A DNA stretch of 64,000 nucleotides from Candidatus Latescibacterota bacterium (GTDB lineage Bacteria > Latescibacterota > UBA2968 > SICM01). Of this stretch, positions 42,917 through 52,591 are shown piece after piece. The first letter of the stretch is position 1. Every line of letters begins with the position of its first letter. The notes under the pieces were generated by a model. It made no database searches. It was not told the origin of the DNA and saw nothing but the letters and a program-made list of their open reading frames with translations. The stretch covers positions 2,912,001 through 2,976,000 of the forward strand of contig CBDCJO010000002.1 in NCBI GenBank assembly GCA_965217865.1. Direction: 5' to 3'. The position numbers and the translations under genes are program-made.

Positions 42917-44422
42917 ATGACTTTTTTTTCGCCGCCTTCATATCCTCCCACACTGACGGGGCGGATGGCGCGAGGTGTCAAGTGGGCCGGTGCTGCCCAG
43001 ACCGTGGACTACATCGTCACGATCGTTTCACTATCGATCCTTGCCCATCTTTTGAGTGCAGCCGACTTCGGGGCTCAGGCCGCAGCGGCCGCTGTCGTGG
43101 GTATACCGATAATGATCGGCGACCTGGGGTTTGGTAATGCACTGATTCAATCCCCTTCCCTGGTCCGGGGGAACGTCCGGTGGGCGTCTCTGATCTGTAC
43201 AGGGTCGGGACTTTCGCTGGGATTTCTGCTCCTTTCCCTTTCGTCCCGGATCGGATTGTTCTTTCAGGTTGGAGAGCAGGTCGGGGATCTGCTCGATATT
43301 CTGTGGCTCTGTGTTCTCTTTCACCCTCCGGGAGCGATTCCGCGGGCGTTAATGACCCGGAGGATGGACTTCAAGCGTCTTGCTGTGATCGATGCGGCAT
43401 CGGCACTGATGTCCGGTGTCACCGCGGTTTTTCTCGCTATGACGGGGGAAGGGGCCCGGAGCCTTGCTTGGGGATATGTCGTCCGGGTTGCGAGTTCATC
43501 AGCCATTTCGTGGATTTGTTTTCCGAGCATCCCGGCACAAGAAGGTGAAAGGACAACCGTTCGAGCCCTCATGAAGTTTGGGCTCAGGTCGAATGGGGCC
43601 GGGATCCTGAACTACCTCTCGGCAAACATCGACTACTTCCTGATCGGACGATACCTCGGACAAACCTCCCTGGGGGTCTACTACCTGGCCTACCAGCTCG
43701 TGTCGCTCGCCTATTTCAGGTTCGTCTCGATTTTACTGAAGGTTCTCTTCCCGGCCCTGTCGTCGATTCAGGATGACCTGGACAGGTTAAAGCGTGGCTA
43801 CCTCCGGGCCATCCGGGGGATCGCTCTTTTTGCGTTCCCGATTCTGACGATCCTGGGTGCCCTGGCGGACCCGATTGTGGCCGTCTTTTATGGTGCGGAT
43901 AAACAAGCTGCATCTTTGCTCGTTCAGATTCTCTGCATCATGGGAATCTGCAAGTCGGTCGGGGGGGCCGTGGGCCCGATCTTTCTGGCAAGGGGAAGGG
44001 CGGATTTCGCATTATTCTGGAATCTTTTTGCTCTGATAACCACGGGATCGGCCGTGATGATCGGCATCTCTTACGGAACCGTAGGTGTGGCGTTGGGGAT
44101 CGGCTTGAACTCCCTGCTGCTCCTTACGATCTCCGAGGGGCTGGTTCATCGCCTTATACCCCTGGATTTCCAGACTTATTTAAAGGCCTTGATCCCTAGG
44201 TTGTTTTCAGCAATCGGGGCGGGACTCGCGACAAGTTTCGGGATTGTATTTGCGGTTCCTCACCTTTCATCGACAGCCACCCTAATATCTGGTGCTATTT
44301 TCGGAGGAATCCCCTATATGTTGTTAATCCGTGTTCTCGATCGAAAGGCCTTTTCAGAAGCCCGTGAGTTCCTGTACTTGCTGGGGTTGACCCAGACAAG
44401 TAGGAATGGTAATTCGACTTGA
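42917..44422 (+). CDS. Wzx/WzxC polysaccharide flippase
   Basis: LAHLLS..DFG, DLGFGNALIQ, NIDYFLIGRYLG..LGVYYLAY, VLFPALS; multiple TM segments. Confidence 0.9.
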   Translation: MTFFSPPSYPPTLTGRMARGVKWAGAAQTVDYIVTIVSLSILAHLLSAADFGAQAAAAAVVGIPIMIGDLGFGNALIQSPSLVRGNVRWASLICTGSGLSLGFLLLSLSSRIGLFFQVGEQVGDLLDILWLCVLFHPPGAIPRALMTRRMDFKRLAVIDAASALMSGVTAVFLAMTGEGARSLAWGYVVRVASSSAISWICFPSIPAQEGERTTVRALMKFGLRSNGAGILNYLSANIDYFLIGRYLGQTSLGVYYLAYQLVSLAYFRFVSILLKVLFPALSSIQDDLDRLKRGYLRAIRGIALFAFPILTILGALADPIVAVFYGADKQAASLLVQILCIMGICKSVGGAVGPIFLARGRADFALFWNLFALITTGSAVMIGISYGTVGVALGIGLNSLLLLTISEGLVHRLIPLDFQTYLKALIPRLFSAIGAGLATSFGIVFAVPHLSSTATLISGAIFGGIPYMLLIRVLDRKAFSEAREFLYLLGLTQTSRNGNST

Positions 44423-44533
44423 CATCTTCATTGATTTTCTTGTGTGTTGGCGTTATATTTATTCGTTTTTGACATTTAGGGCGAATTTCGCCCGGTTTAA
44501 GATCACCTCCCGGCCAGAGCCGTTAAAACTTCG

Positions 44534-45658
44534 ATGCGTCTCCTTTTTTTGATGCCCTATGGTCGGATGGCGGCCAGCAGCAGGACGCGTGTGTATCAAT
44601 ACCTCCCATACCTGGACAGGATGGGGATCCGGTATGATATCCTGACTGCATTTTCCGACTCCCGGATCCGTGAGATCACGCTCCCGCTCCTGCACCGATG
44701 GGGACGGAAGGTCTTTTACTATATCGAGGGATGGTTCAGGATGCTCCGGCTTGGATGGAGAATCTTAAACCGCGCCCGAATGTATGACATCCTGTTCATC
44801 CAGCGGGTGATCTTCCCTACCCCGATCCCATTGCTTCTCCGCTGTATGAAGGCCCCGGTTGTTTATGATTTTGACGACGCGATTTTCACAACCGACATCA
44901 CGGAACGAAATTTTGTCAACCGCATCGTCCGATGGCGGAACGGGCGAAAATTACCGGCCATGTTGAAGAGCGCCTCTCACGTGGTCGTGGAGAACGAATA
45001 CACCAGGGCGTACGCGGAACGCTACTGTCCTAACGTTACGACGATCACTGGACCGATCGATACAAACCGGTATTGTCCTTCTGAGAAGAACGGATCTTCA
45101 AACGGCAGCCTGACGCTTGGATGGATCGGTAGTCCGACCACTGAGAAATACCTGGAAGCGATCAGAAGACCCCTCGAAGCGGTGGGACGTCGGTTTCCGT
45201 CCGTTCGGCTCCTCCTGATCGGCGCTCCTAAATTCAAGGTCCGAGGGCTTCCGACCGAGCATCGGGGATGGGACGTGGACAGGGAGGTGGCGGACCTCCA
45301 GGGATTTGACATCGGATTGATGCCCCTTTCCGACGATGCGTGGACGCGCGGAAAGGGGGGCTACAAATTGTTGCAATACATGGCTATAGGTATTCCCGCG
45401 ATCGCGAGTCCGGTGGGGATCAATCGCGTTCTGGTGGAGGATGAGGTGAACGGTTTTCAGGCAAACTCGGAGCAGGAGTGGACCCATCAACTGTTTCGCC
45501 TGATCGAGGATACAGATCTCCGGCGGCGCATGGGGGAAGAGGGACGTCGGAGAATGGAACGCGACTACGCCCTTTCGGTGAGCGCGGACCGGCTGATTGA
45601 GGTATTGAAGTCGACTTGCCCAGATCGATCCGCATCCTCCGCATCATCGACCGGCTGA
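44534..45658 (+). CDS. Glycosyltransferase family 4
   Basis: ASSRTRVYQY, YDFDDAI, LGWIGS, DIGLMPL...GKGGYKLLQYMAIGIP. Confidence 0.9.
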   Translation: MRLLFLMPYGRMAASSRTRVYQYLPYLDRMGIRYDILTAFSDSRIREITLPLLHRWGRKVFYYIEGWFRMLRLGWRILNRARMYDILFIQRVIFPTPIPLLLRCMKAPVVYDFDDAIFTTDITERNFVNRIVRWRNGRKLPAMLKSASHVVVENEYTRAYAERYCPNVTTITGPIDTNRYCPSEKNGSSNGSLTLGWIGSPTTEKYLEAIRRPLEAVGRRFPSVRLLLIGAPKFKVRGLPTEHRGWDVDREVADLQGFDIGLMPLSDDAWTRGKGGYKLLQYMAIGIPAIASPVGINRVLVEDEVNGFQANSEQEWTHQLFRLIEDTDLRRRMGEEGRRRMERDYALSVSADRLIEVLKSTCPDRSASSASSTG

Positions 45659-46776
45659 ATGTGGGGGGGCCAGCCCAGCACGTCTCGCTTCTGACGAGTC
45701 GATTGGAGGACATGGGATACAAGACGATCCTCGTCAAAGGTTCCGTGGCCCCAGGCGAGATCGAGATGAGGGACGTTATCGTCGAGACAGGCATTCGACC
45801 GGTCTCAGTCCCGACGTTGGGTCGCGCGTTGTCGTGGCAGGACGATCTTAAGTCTCTGGTTTTTCTTTATAGGACCATTCGACGGTTCCGGCCGGACATC
45901 GTTCATACGCATAAGTCCAAGGCTGGCCTTTTGGGAAGGCTTGCCGCCCTACTGGCGGGTGTCCCGGGGATTGTCCATACGTTTCACGGTAACGTTTTTC
46001 ACGGTTACTTCGGTCGAATCAAGTCAAGGCTCGTTGTCCTTGTCGAACGGCTGCTGGGAGGCGTAACCGATCGTATCGTGACGCTGAGTCCGAAACAACG
46101 AATAGAGATCCTGAGTTATCGTATTGCATCACCGGATCGTGTAAAGAGCATCCCTCTCGGACTGGTTCTGGATCGCTTTCGCAGATGCGACGGTCTTGGG
46201 GGAGATTTTCGGGCGGAACTGGGGGCCCCAGGTGATATTTCACTCGTGGGCCTGGTCGGACGACTTGTTCCGATCAAGGGTGTACATGTCTTTCTAAAGG
46301 CCGCGGCGAACCTTCTGACACGGTTCCCCCGGGTCTGTTTCGTGGTTGTAGGAGATGGAGAAAGGAGGGAAGCGTTAGAATCTGAGGCCAGGAGTTTGGG
46401 GATCGAAGGTTCCGTCAGATTCATGGGATACCGGAGGGATACGGATCGGATCTACGCCTCTCTGGACCTGTTCGTACTGTCGTCCTACAATGAGGGGTTG
46501 CCGGTGACGATTATTGAGGCCTTGACGGCCGGGTGCTATGTGGTGGCCACAAACGTTGGCGGCGTATCTGACCTGATAACTAACGAACGTGTCGGTATGA
46601 TTGTTGAACCCGGAAATCCGGAGAGCCTTTCCGAGGCGATGGGCCGCGCCTTATCGGAGCATCGGATTCCTCCGGAATCCGATCGGGATGTTATGTGTCG
46701 ACGATACGGAATTGATAGGTTGACGGCTGACCTGGATTGTTTGTATCGCGGACTGGTTTTTAAACGCAACGCGTAA
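45616..46776 (+). CDS. Glycosyltransferase family 4
   Basis: RLNVGGPA, PDIVHTH.SKAG, GRLVPIKG, SYNEGLP..IIEAL..G..VVATNVGG. Confidence 0.9.
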   Translation: MPRSIRILRIIDRLNVGGPAQHVSLLTSRLEDMGYKTILVKGSVAPGEIEMRDVIVETGIRPVSVPTLGRALSWQDDLKSLVFLYRTIRRFRPDIVHTHKSKAGLLGRLAALLAGVPGIVHTFHGNVFHGYFGRIKSRLVVLVERLLGGVTDRIVTLSPKQRIEILSYRIASPDRVKSIPLGLVLDRFRRCDGLGGDFRAELGAPGDISLVGLVGRLVPIKGVHVFLKAAANLLTRFPRVCFVVVGDGERREALESEARSLGIEGSVRFMGYRRDTDRIYASLDLFVLSSYNEGLPVTIIEALTAGCYVVATNVGGVSDLITNERVGMIVEPGNPESLSEAMGRALSEHRIPPESDRDVMCRRYGIDRLTADLDCLYRGLVFKRNA

Positions 46777-46808
46777 AAAAAGGATGCCTTTCGGGAGGGC
46801 AGAGGCGT

Positions 46809-47774
46809 ATGCGAGTGTTGATCACGGGCGGCGCAGGGTTCATTGGATCCCATCTGGCAGAGCGGCTGCTGGAAAGAGGCGATGAGGTCGGCGTAATCGA
46901 TAATCTGTCGACCGGCAGCTTTTCCAACATCAGCCATCTGGAGGGCAATCCCCGGTTCAAGATCATTATCGATACGGTTCAAGACGAGAAGGTGCTGAAG
47001 GATCTGATAAAAGATTGCGATATCATTTATCATCTCGCCGCGGCGGTCGGTGTACAGTATATTATCGACAACCCGCTGGAATCTCTGATCAACAACATTC
47101 GGAGCACGGAGATCATCCTGGAGTTGGCAAATGCAGAAAAGAAGAAGGTCGTCCTGGCCTCCTCCTCCGAGATCTACGGTAAGAAGAACGGCAAGGTTCC
47201 TTTCCGTGAGGATGATGACCGAATTCTCGGGCCACCGACGGTCACCAGGTGGAGCTATTCCACGTCCAAGGCCGTGGATGAGCTTTTGGCTCTTGGCTAC
47301 TGGCGTGAGAAGAAGCTGCCTACCGTTATCGTCCGGTTCTTCAATGTGATCGGGCCACGACAGATCGGTCGATATGGTATGGTCGTCCCCAGGTTCATCA
47401 AACAGGCTCTTCTCAACCACCCGATCACCGTCTATGGAGACGGAGAGCAACGCCGTTGTTTTACGGATATCGACGATGCCCTGGACGGTCTTGTCGCACT
47501 CGCCGAACATCCCGATGCGGTGGGTGGAATCTTCAACCTCGGATCCAATTTCGAGATCAGCATCAAGGATCTGGCCAACAAGATCAAGACGATGGCCGAA
47601 AGCTCGTCCCAGATCAAGTTTGTGCCTTACGCGGAGGCACACGCCAACGGGTGGTACGAGGACCTCCGATACCGAGTTCCGAATCTGGATAAGATAAAGT
47701 CCTTCATCGGGTATGATCCGAAATATAACCTGGATTCCACCCTCAGGAAGATCATTACATTTTATGAAGCATAG
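46809..47774 (+). CDS. NAD-dependent nucleotide-sugar epimerase/dehydratase
   Basis: ITGGAGFIGSHL, HLAAAVGV, SSSEIYGK, YSTSK, RFFNVIGPRQ. Confidence 0.9.
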   Translation: MRVLITGGAGFIGSHLAERLLERGDEVGVIDNLSTGSFSNISHLEGNPRFKIIIDTVQDEKVLKDLIKDCDIIYHLAAAVGVQYIIDNPLESLINNIRSTEIILELANAEKKKVVLASSSEIYGKKNGKVPFREDDDRILGPPTVTRWSYSTSKAVDELLALGYWREKKLPTVIVRFFNVIGPRQIGRYGMVVPRFIKQALLNHPITVYGDGEQRRCFTDIDDALDGLVALAEHPDAVGGIFNLGSNFEISIKDLANKIKTMAESSSQIKFVPYAEAHANGWYEDLRYRVPNLDKIKSFIGYDPKYNLDSTLRKIITFYEA

Positions 47775-47887
47775 AAAAAAGGCTCGGCGTCGGGAGTCGT
47801 AAGTTGAAAGCTATGGGTCGGAAGCTTAGGGCCAGTGTCCCCGTCCTCAATGTCTGATTTTTCATCCGAAACTTCAAGGAGTCGCTC

Positions 47888-48025
47888 GTGAAACGAACTT
47901 TTCAACCCAGCAATCGAAGCAAGAAGAACACACACGGATTTCGTAAGAGGATGAAGAGCCCCGGCGGCCGAAATGTTCTCAATCGAAGGAGAGCAAAGGG
48001 ACGGAAGCGGGTCTCGGTCCAATAA
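47888..48025 (+). CDS. rpmH: 50S ribosomal protein L34 (not in the ORF track)
   Basis: Manual translation from GTG: [45 protein letters not shown]; AAGGAG SD upstream. Confidence 0.96.
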   Translation: MKRTFQPSNRSKKNTHGFRKRMKSPGGRNVLNRRRAKGRKRVSVQ

Positions 48026-48115
48026 AGGACCGTATATCGTGAATCGTATCTCGTACGAGTTCAAGATTGATTTTTGGGCTTCACCCTTCGCGCGATACGC
48101 TTCACGGCTTTTTTT

Positions 48116-49228
48116 ATGCGCATCGATCGTATCGAGATCTATTATGTCAGCATGCCGTTGATCTACCCGTGGAAGACGGCCTATGGTGAAGATGCTGACA
48201 TCCACTCCGTCCTTTTCAACCTGATCTCCGGAGACTATGATGGCTGGGGTGAGTCCACTCCATTTTTCGCACCGACCTATTCCCCCGAGACGGCATCCAC
48301 GGTCTTTGTTCTCAATCAGGAGGTCTTCTGTCCAAGGCTCGTCGGCCGGGATTTCGAATCTGCGGACGCGCTGCTCGATGACCTGAACCTCTTCAAGGGA
48401 AACCCGTTCGCAAAAGCGGGTCCCGAGTCCGCCTGGTGGGACTTGAAGGCGAGGATGGACGGTCAACCGCTCGGGCGACTTTTCGGTATCCAGAAATCGC
48501 GGGTCGAGGCAGGATCGGACTTCGGAGTTCAGGACACTTTGGACATGCTTCTGGAGAAGATTCAGGGGGCGATCGACCATGGCTTCAAGCGGACCAAGCT
48601 GAAGGTTCGACCCGGATGGGACCTGGAGATGCTGCGGCTGGTCCGAAGCACATTTCCAGGACACACCTTCCATATTGACTGCAACTCCGGTTACTCCATG
48701 GAGGATCTACCTTTTTTCAAGCAGGTGGATAAGCTTGAGTTGGCGATGATCGAACAACCGTTGTTTCACCGCGATCTGATAGATCACGCCGAACTTCAAG
48801 CCCAGCTGGAAACCCCTATCTGCCTGGACGAATCTATCACCTCGATGCGGGATCTGGAAGTGGCCCTGAAATTGAAGTCGCTTCGCTATCTGAATATCAA
48901 GCCGGGCCGCGTTGGGGGTTTCTCCGTGGCAAAATCCCTGCACGATCGTGCCGCCGATGCCGGAATTCCGTGCTGGATAGGAGGTATGCTGGAGAGCGGC
49001 ATCGGGGCGGGTCTCAACATCGAACTGGCCGGCCTGAGCAACTTCACTTATCCAGCAGACCTCTTTCCCTCCGCTTTCTTCTACCGTCGGGACCTCACGG
49101 AGCCGGAGTTGGAGCTGAATCCCGACTGCACGTTCAGCACATCGACCGTCCCCGGAACCCCATATCGGCCCGACATGGAACGGGTCGAGGCGGCCACCCT
49201 CCGCAAGGCGGTTGTCGAAAAGCAGTGA
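48116..49228 (+). CDS. Second OSBS / N-acylamino-acid racemase paralog
   Basis: MRIDRIE start, KLKVRPG, DCNSGY, MIEQPL, CLDESI, NIKPGRVGG, WIGGMLE. Confidence 0.88.
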   Translation: MRIDRIEIYYVSMPLIYPWKTAYGEDADIHSVLFNLISGDYDGWGESTPFFAPTYSPETASTVFVLNQEVFCPRLVGRDFESADALLDDLNLFKGNPFAKAGPESAWWDLKARMDGQPLGRLFGIQKSRVEAGSDFGVQDTLDMLLEKIQGAIDHGFKRTKLKVRPGWDLEMLRLVRSTFPGHTFHIDCNSGYSMEDLPFFKQVDKLELAMIEQPLFHRDLIDHAELQAQLETPICLDESITSMRDLEVALKLKSLRYLNIKPGRVGGFSVAKSLHDRAADAGIPCWIGGMLESGIGAGLNIELAGLSNFTYPADLFPSAFFYRRDLTEPELELNPDCTFSTSTVPGTPYRPDMERVEAATLRKAVVEKQ

Positions 49229-49387
49229 AACGGGAGAGCCCATTCCCTCCAACCCCGCCGAAAATCAGAAATCAGAAATCAGAATTCGGAAGTCAGGAGC
49301 CAGAAGGCAGAAGAAGATGATAACCGAAGCCGTGAAGAAGTGAGTGTGCTGCCGGAATCAGTAGGCTTTTAAGATAAAGGTTGTTCT

Positions 49388-49888
49388 GTGAAAGTAGAAG
49401 GCACCAATACGATCAAGGCAACTGCAGAGCGCGTATATCAGGCGCTTACCGATCCGGCCATTCTCCAGAAGTGTATGCCGGGCTGCGAAAAATTGGAGAT
49501 TGTTGAAGGGGACCAGTACGAGATCGTCTTGAGCGTGGGGGTGGGCGCGATCAAGGGAAAATACTCGGGATCTATTCGGCTGGAGGAAACGACACCACCG
49601 TCGCACTTTCGGATGATCGTGGATATCCGGGGTAAGATGGGCTTCGTGAACGGGTCCGGCTCGGTGGACCTTACATCTCAGGAGGAGGAAACGACCGTCG
49701 GATATTCGGGAGACGTTCAGGTAGGCGGTCCGGTGGCCGCGGTGGGACAGCGGATGCTTCATGGCACGTCCCGGATGATTGTGCGGCAGGTGTTCGGGGC
49801 CGTCGAGGCTGAAGCGATGGCCCTTCCGGGTGCGGAAGTCCAACATGGCGTTGTTCGTGATCTCCTTCGAACGGTGAAAAAGCCGTGA
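49388..49888 (+). CDS. CoxG-like SRPBCC-domain protein
   Basis: ALTDP..LQKCMPGCEKLE, VGVGAIKGKY.G, VQVGGPVAAVGQRML. Confidence 0.85.
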   Translation: MKVEGTNTIKATAERVYQALTDPAILQKCMPGCEKLEIVEGDQYEIVLSVGVGAIKGKYSGSIRLEETTPPSHFRMIVDIRGKMGFVNGSGSVDLTSQEEETTVGYSGDVQVGGPVAAVGQRMLHGTSRMIVRQVFGAVEAEAMALPGAEVQHGVVRDLLRTVKKP

Positions 49889-49927
49889 AATGATAGCCGT
49901 GAAATGTATGGAATCATAACATATTCA

Positions 49928-49957
49928 GGGCGATCTCAGGATCGCCCGTTTTAATTT
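49928..49957 (+). terminator. Hairpin / possible intrinsic terminator
   Basis: GGGCGATC-TCAG-GATCGCCC followed by GTTTTAATTT. Confidence 0.55.
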
Positions 49958-50013
49958 AAATTAGTTTGGCGTTCCAATGATGAGGTCGGTCAAAGTTCCA
50001 GATATCTAGTTTC

Positions 50014-51339
50014 ATGTTCCAAAAGAGTTTGGCAAATATGACGAAGACCGCACAGAAAATCCTCGATCGGCTGACGGGCCCCGGCGAGCTCGGCGGCCAA
50101 TCACTGCCGAAGAACTTCGTAATGCCCGCGTACGATGGTTTCAGCCTAGCGAACATTCCCGTCACTGTGCTCGAACATTTCGGCGTGAAAGGACCAGGGA
50201 CCCCGCCTCTGGACCCGGAGGTCATCGGCGACCGGTTGAAGGGATCACGGAAGGTTGTTGTACTCCTTCTGGATGCCCTTGGCTATCTTCCCCTGATCAA
50301 GCAAATGGGGACGGATCGCGCGTTGGGCTTAAACGATCTTGCGCGTCGAGGGCGTTTCGTTCCCCTAACCTCTGTGTTTCCGTCCCAGACATCGGTGACT
50401 CTTATGTCTCTTGCGACCGGCCTCCTCCCTTCGGAGCACGGGGTGACGGGATACAGGATGTATCTTCCGGATCGCGGCGTTGTGGCCAACATGATTCGCC
50501 TCAGTCCGGACTCGGATGAACGGTCGAATCGGTTGATGTTGGACAACCCGGGGGGTAAATCTCTTCTTCGGGCCCCCACCGTACACGAAAGGCTGACCCG
50601 GGCAGGGATCGCGTCCTATTGTCTTGTTCAGGACCCGATATACGGCAGTGGTCTTTCCAAGATACTCTATCGGGGGGCGACCGGAACCCTTCCTTTTATC
50701 AACTCCTCAGACATGTTTGTCCAGATCCGCAGGCTCGTCGAAACCGATCCGGAGACGCCAGCCTGCATCTGGGCGTACTGGGGGGCGCTGGATACGATCC
50801 AACACGCCTACGGCACCTGGGTCGAAGAGTCGGCGGCAGAGGTTCGGAATATCGCTTTTTCCCTTCAAAAAGAATTACTGGACCCCTTGCGGCGATCGAA
50901 GACCTCCGGGGCAACCCTGATCTTGACCTCGGACCACGGTCATATCCAAGTGAAACAGGAGGATGTGATCCTGACATCGAGGCTGGGAAGGCTGAAAGGG
51001 GCAATGGTCGTACCTCCGACCGGGACGGGGAGGTCGGTCTATCTGCACCTGAAGGATGGATCGGTTCCCGACGTGCTTAAATATTTGAGAAAGACTCTAG
51101 CCGATCGTGCCGTGGTGATCGAATCCCGCGTAGCCCTCTCAGAAGGTCTGTGGGGGCGAGGACGGCCGATGCCCGAGATGCCGGGCCGCGTAGGGGATCT
51201 CACTTTGTTGATGCGGGACTCCTGTGTGCTGTTCTATCCCTATACGACGAAGTTCAAGCCAACCGGTGTGACGGGCGGACGGCACGGGGCATTGCACAGG
51301 GATGAGATGCTGATTCCGTTCTTTTGCGCGAAGATGTAA
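50014..51339 (+). CDS. Alkaline-phosphatase superfamily nucleotide pyrophosphatase/phosphodiesterase
   Basis: LLDALG, SVFPSQT, TGL.PSEHG, LDTIQH.YG, TSDHG, GRHGAL..DEM.IP. Confidence 0.85.
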   Translation: MFQKSLANMTKTAQKILDRLTGPGELGGQSLPKNFVMPAYDGFSLANIPVTVLEHFGVKGPGTPPLDPEVIGDRLKGSRKVVVLLLDALGYLPLIKQMGTDRALGLNDLARRGRFVPLTSVFPSQTSVTLMSLATGLLPSEHGVTGYRMYLPDRGVVANMIRLSPDSDERSNRLMLDNPGGKSLLRAPTVHERLTRAGIASYCLVQDPIYGSGLSKILYRGATGTLPFINSSDMFVQIRRLVETDPETPACIWAYWGALDTIQHAYGTWVEESAAEVRNIAFSLQKELLDPLRRSKTSGATLILTSDHGHIQVKQEDVILTSRLGRLKGAMVVPPTGTGRSVYLHLKDGSVPDVLKYLRKTLADRAVVIESRVALSEGLWGRGRPMPEMPGRVGDLTLLMRDSCVLFYPYTTKFKPTGVTGGRHGALHRDEMLIPFFCAKM

Positions 51340-51387
51340 ATCCGTGAACGGCAAATGGGGAACAAAGGTTTTTAGGAGGACATTACA

Positions 51388-52488
51388 ATGAACCCGATCG
51401 AGGTACAGCATCTTCCGGTGATGCCGCAGAAGCAGGATTATGGAATCGGTATCTGTGGAACGGGGGGGATCGTGAATGATGCTCATCTGCCGGCGTACCG
51501 GAAGGCGGGATTTAATGTGGTGGGGGTATTCGACGTGAGCCGAGAGGCGGCTGAGCGTACGGCGGCCAAGTTCGAGGTTCCCCGGGTGTATGACAGCCTG
51601 GAACAACTGGTTTCCGACAAACGCGTGGAGATCGTGGATGTCGCGGTGCCTGCGACAGAGAACCAGCAGATCGTCGGGGTCGTTGCCGAGACGGGGAAGC
51701 CGATGATGATTCAAAAGCCTCTTGCTGAGGACTGGGATACCGCACGGGAGACTGTTGCGCTGATCGACCGTCACGGCGTGTCCGCGGCGGTTACCCAGCA
51801 GATGCGTTGGGAGCCCGGGATCCGGGCGACTCATGACCTGATCGAGCGAGGTCTTCTGGGGGAACTGTTCAACATCGCGGTACTCATATTCGTGGACACG
51901 CCGTGGCACCTGTGGGGTTGGCTGATGGAGAAATCTACCATCGATGTGCTCTATCATTCGATTCATTACCTGGATTCGATCCGCTTTCTCGTCGGAAGCG
52001 AACCCGATTCTGTGTTTTGTGATGGAATGACGAAACCGGGGTACGAGACGAAGGGAGAGACGCGCCTTTGCCTTCATCTCTCTTTTGCAGAGACGGCCTC
52101 TAACCTCAGGGCCACGATTCTGACGAATTCTCACGTCTCTTACGGCCTTGAAGGACAGCAGGCCGATTTTCGAGTAGAAGGCACAGAGGGCGCCGCGATT
52201 CGCAAGTTAGGCCTGCTGATGAACTATCCGAAGGGAATCCCGGACGGATTCCGATTCACGAGCCGCCGGCTCGGGGAGTCGACGTGGGTGGATGTGGCCT
52301 TTGCAGAGACGTGGATTCCGGATGCGTTTGTAGGGCCGATCTCCTCGATGATGCGGACTCTGAATGGAGAGATCGATCATCCTGATACAGATGTACACGA
52401 TCATCTGGAAACACTTCGGGTCGTGTTTGCAGCTTATGAGTCGATGAGGACGGGAAGCGTTGTGAGGGTGGGGGGGTATGGGGGGTAA
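51388..52488 (+). CDS. Gfo/Idh/MocA oxidoreductase
   Basis: GICGTGGIV..AHLPAY, QKPLA, HSIHYLDSIRF. Confidence 0.9.
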   Translation: MNPIEVQHLPVMPQKQDYGIGICGTGGIVNDAHLPAYRKAGFNVVGVFDVSREAAERTAAKFEVPRVYDSLEQLVSDKRVEIVDVAVPATENQQIVGVVAETGKPMMIQKPLAEDWDTARETVALIDRHGVSAAVTQQMRWEPGIRATHDLIERGLLGELFNIAVLIFVDTPWHLWGWLMEKSTIDVLYHSIHYLDSIRFLVGSEPDSVFCDGMTKPGYETKGETRLCLHLSFAETASNLRATILTNSHVSYGLEGQQADFRVEGTEGAAIRKLGLLMNYPKGIPDGFRFTSRRLGESTWVDVAFAETWIPDAFVGPISSMMRTLNGEIDHPDTDVHDHLETLRVVFAAYESMRTGSVVRVGGYGG

Positions 52489-52591
52489 GGTGTAGGGAGT
52501 TATAGAAATTCAAAGGCAAAACGTGGGTTGAAAATGATATTTCAGGAGCCCTCAATTTGGAGAATGATTGGAAAAGGGGAAGGGGTTTGAT

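Noticed and set aside
46536-48673. Long antisense ORFs (46536..47642, 47762..48673; likewise 51139..52134, 53075..53950, 22923..23846, 7442..8032)
   Set aside because: Shadow frames of well-supported genes on the opposite strand, with no recognisable motifs.
49388-49888. CO dehydrogenase locus
   Set aside because: Only a CoxG-like SRPBCC gene is present, with no coxL, coxM or coxS nearby.
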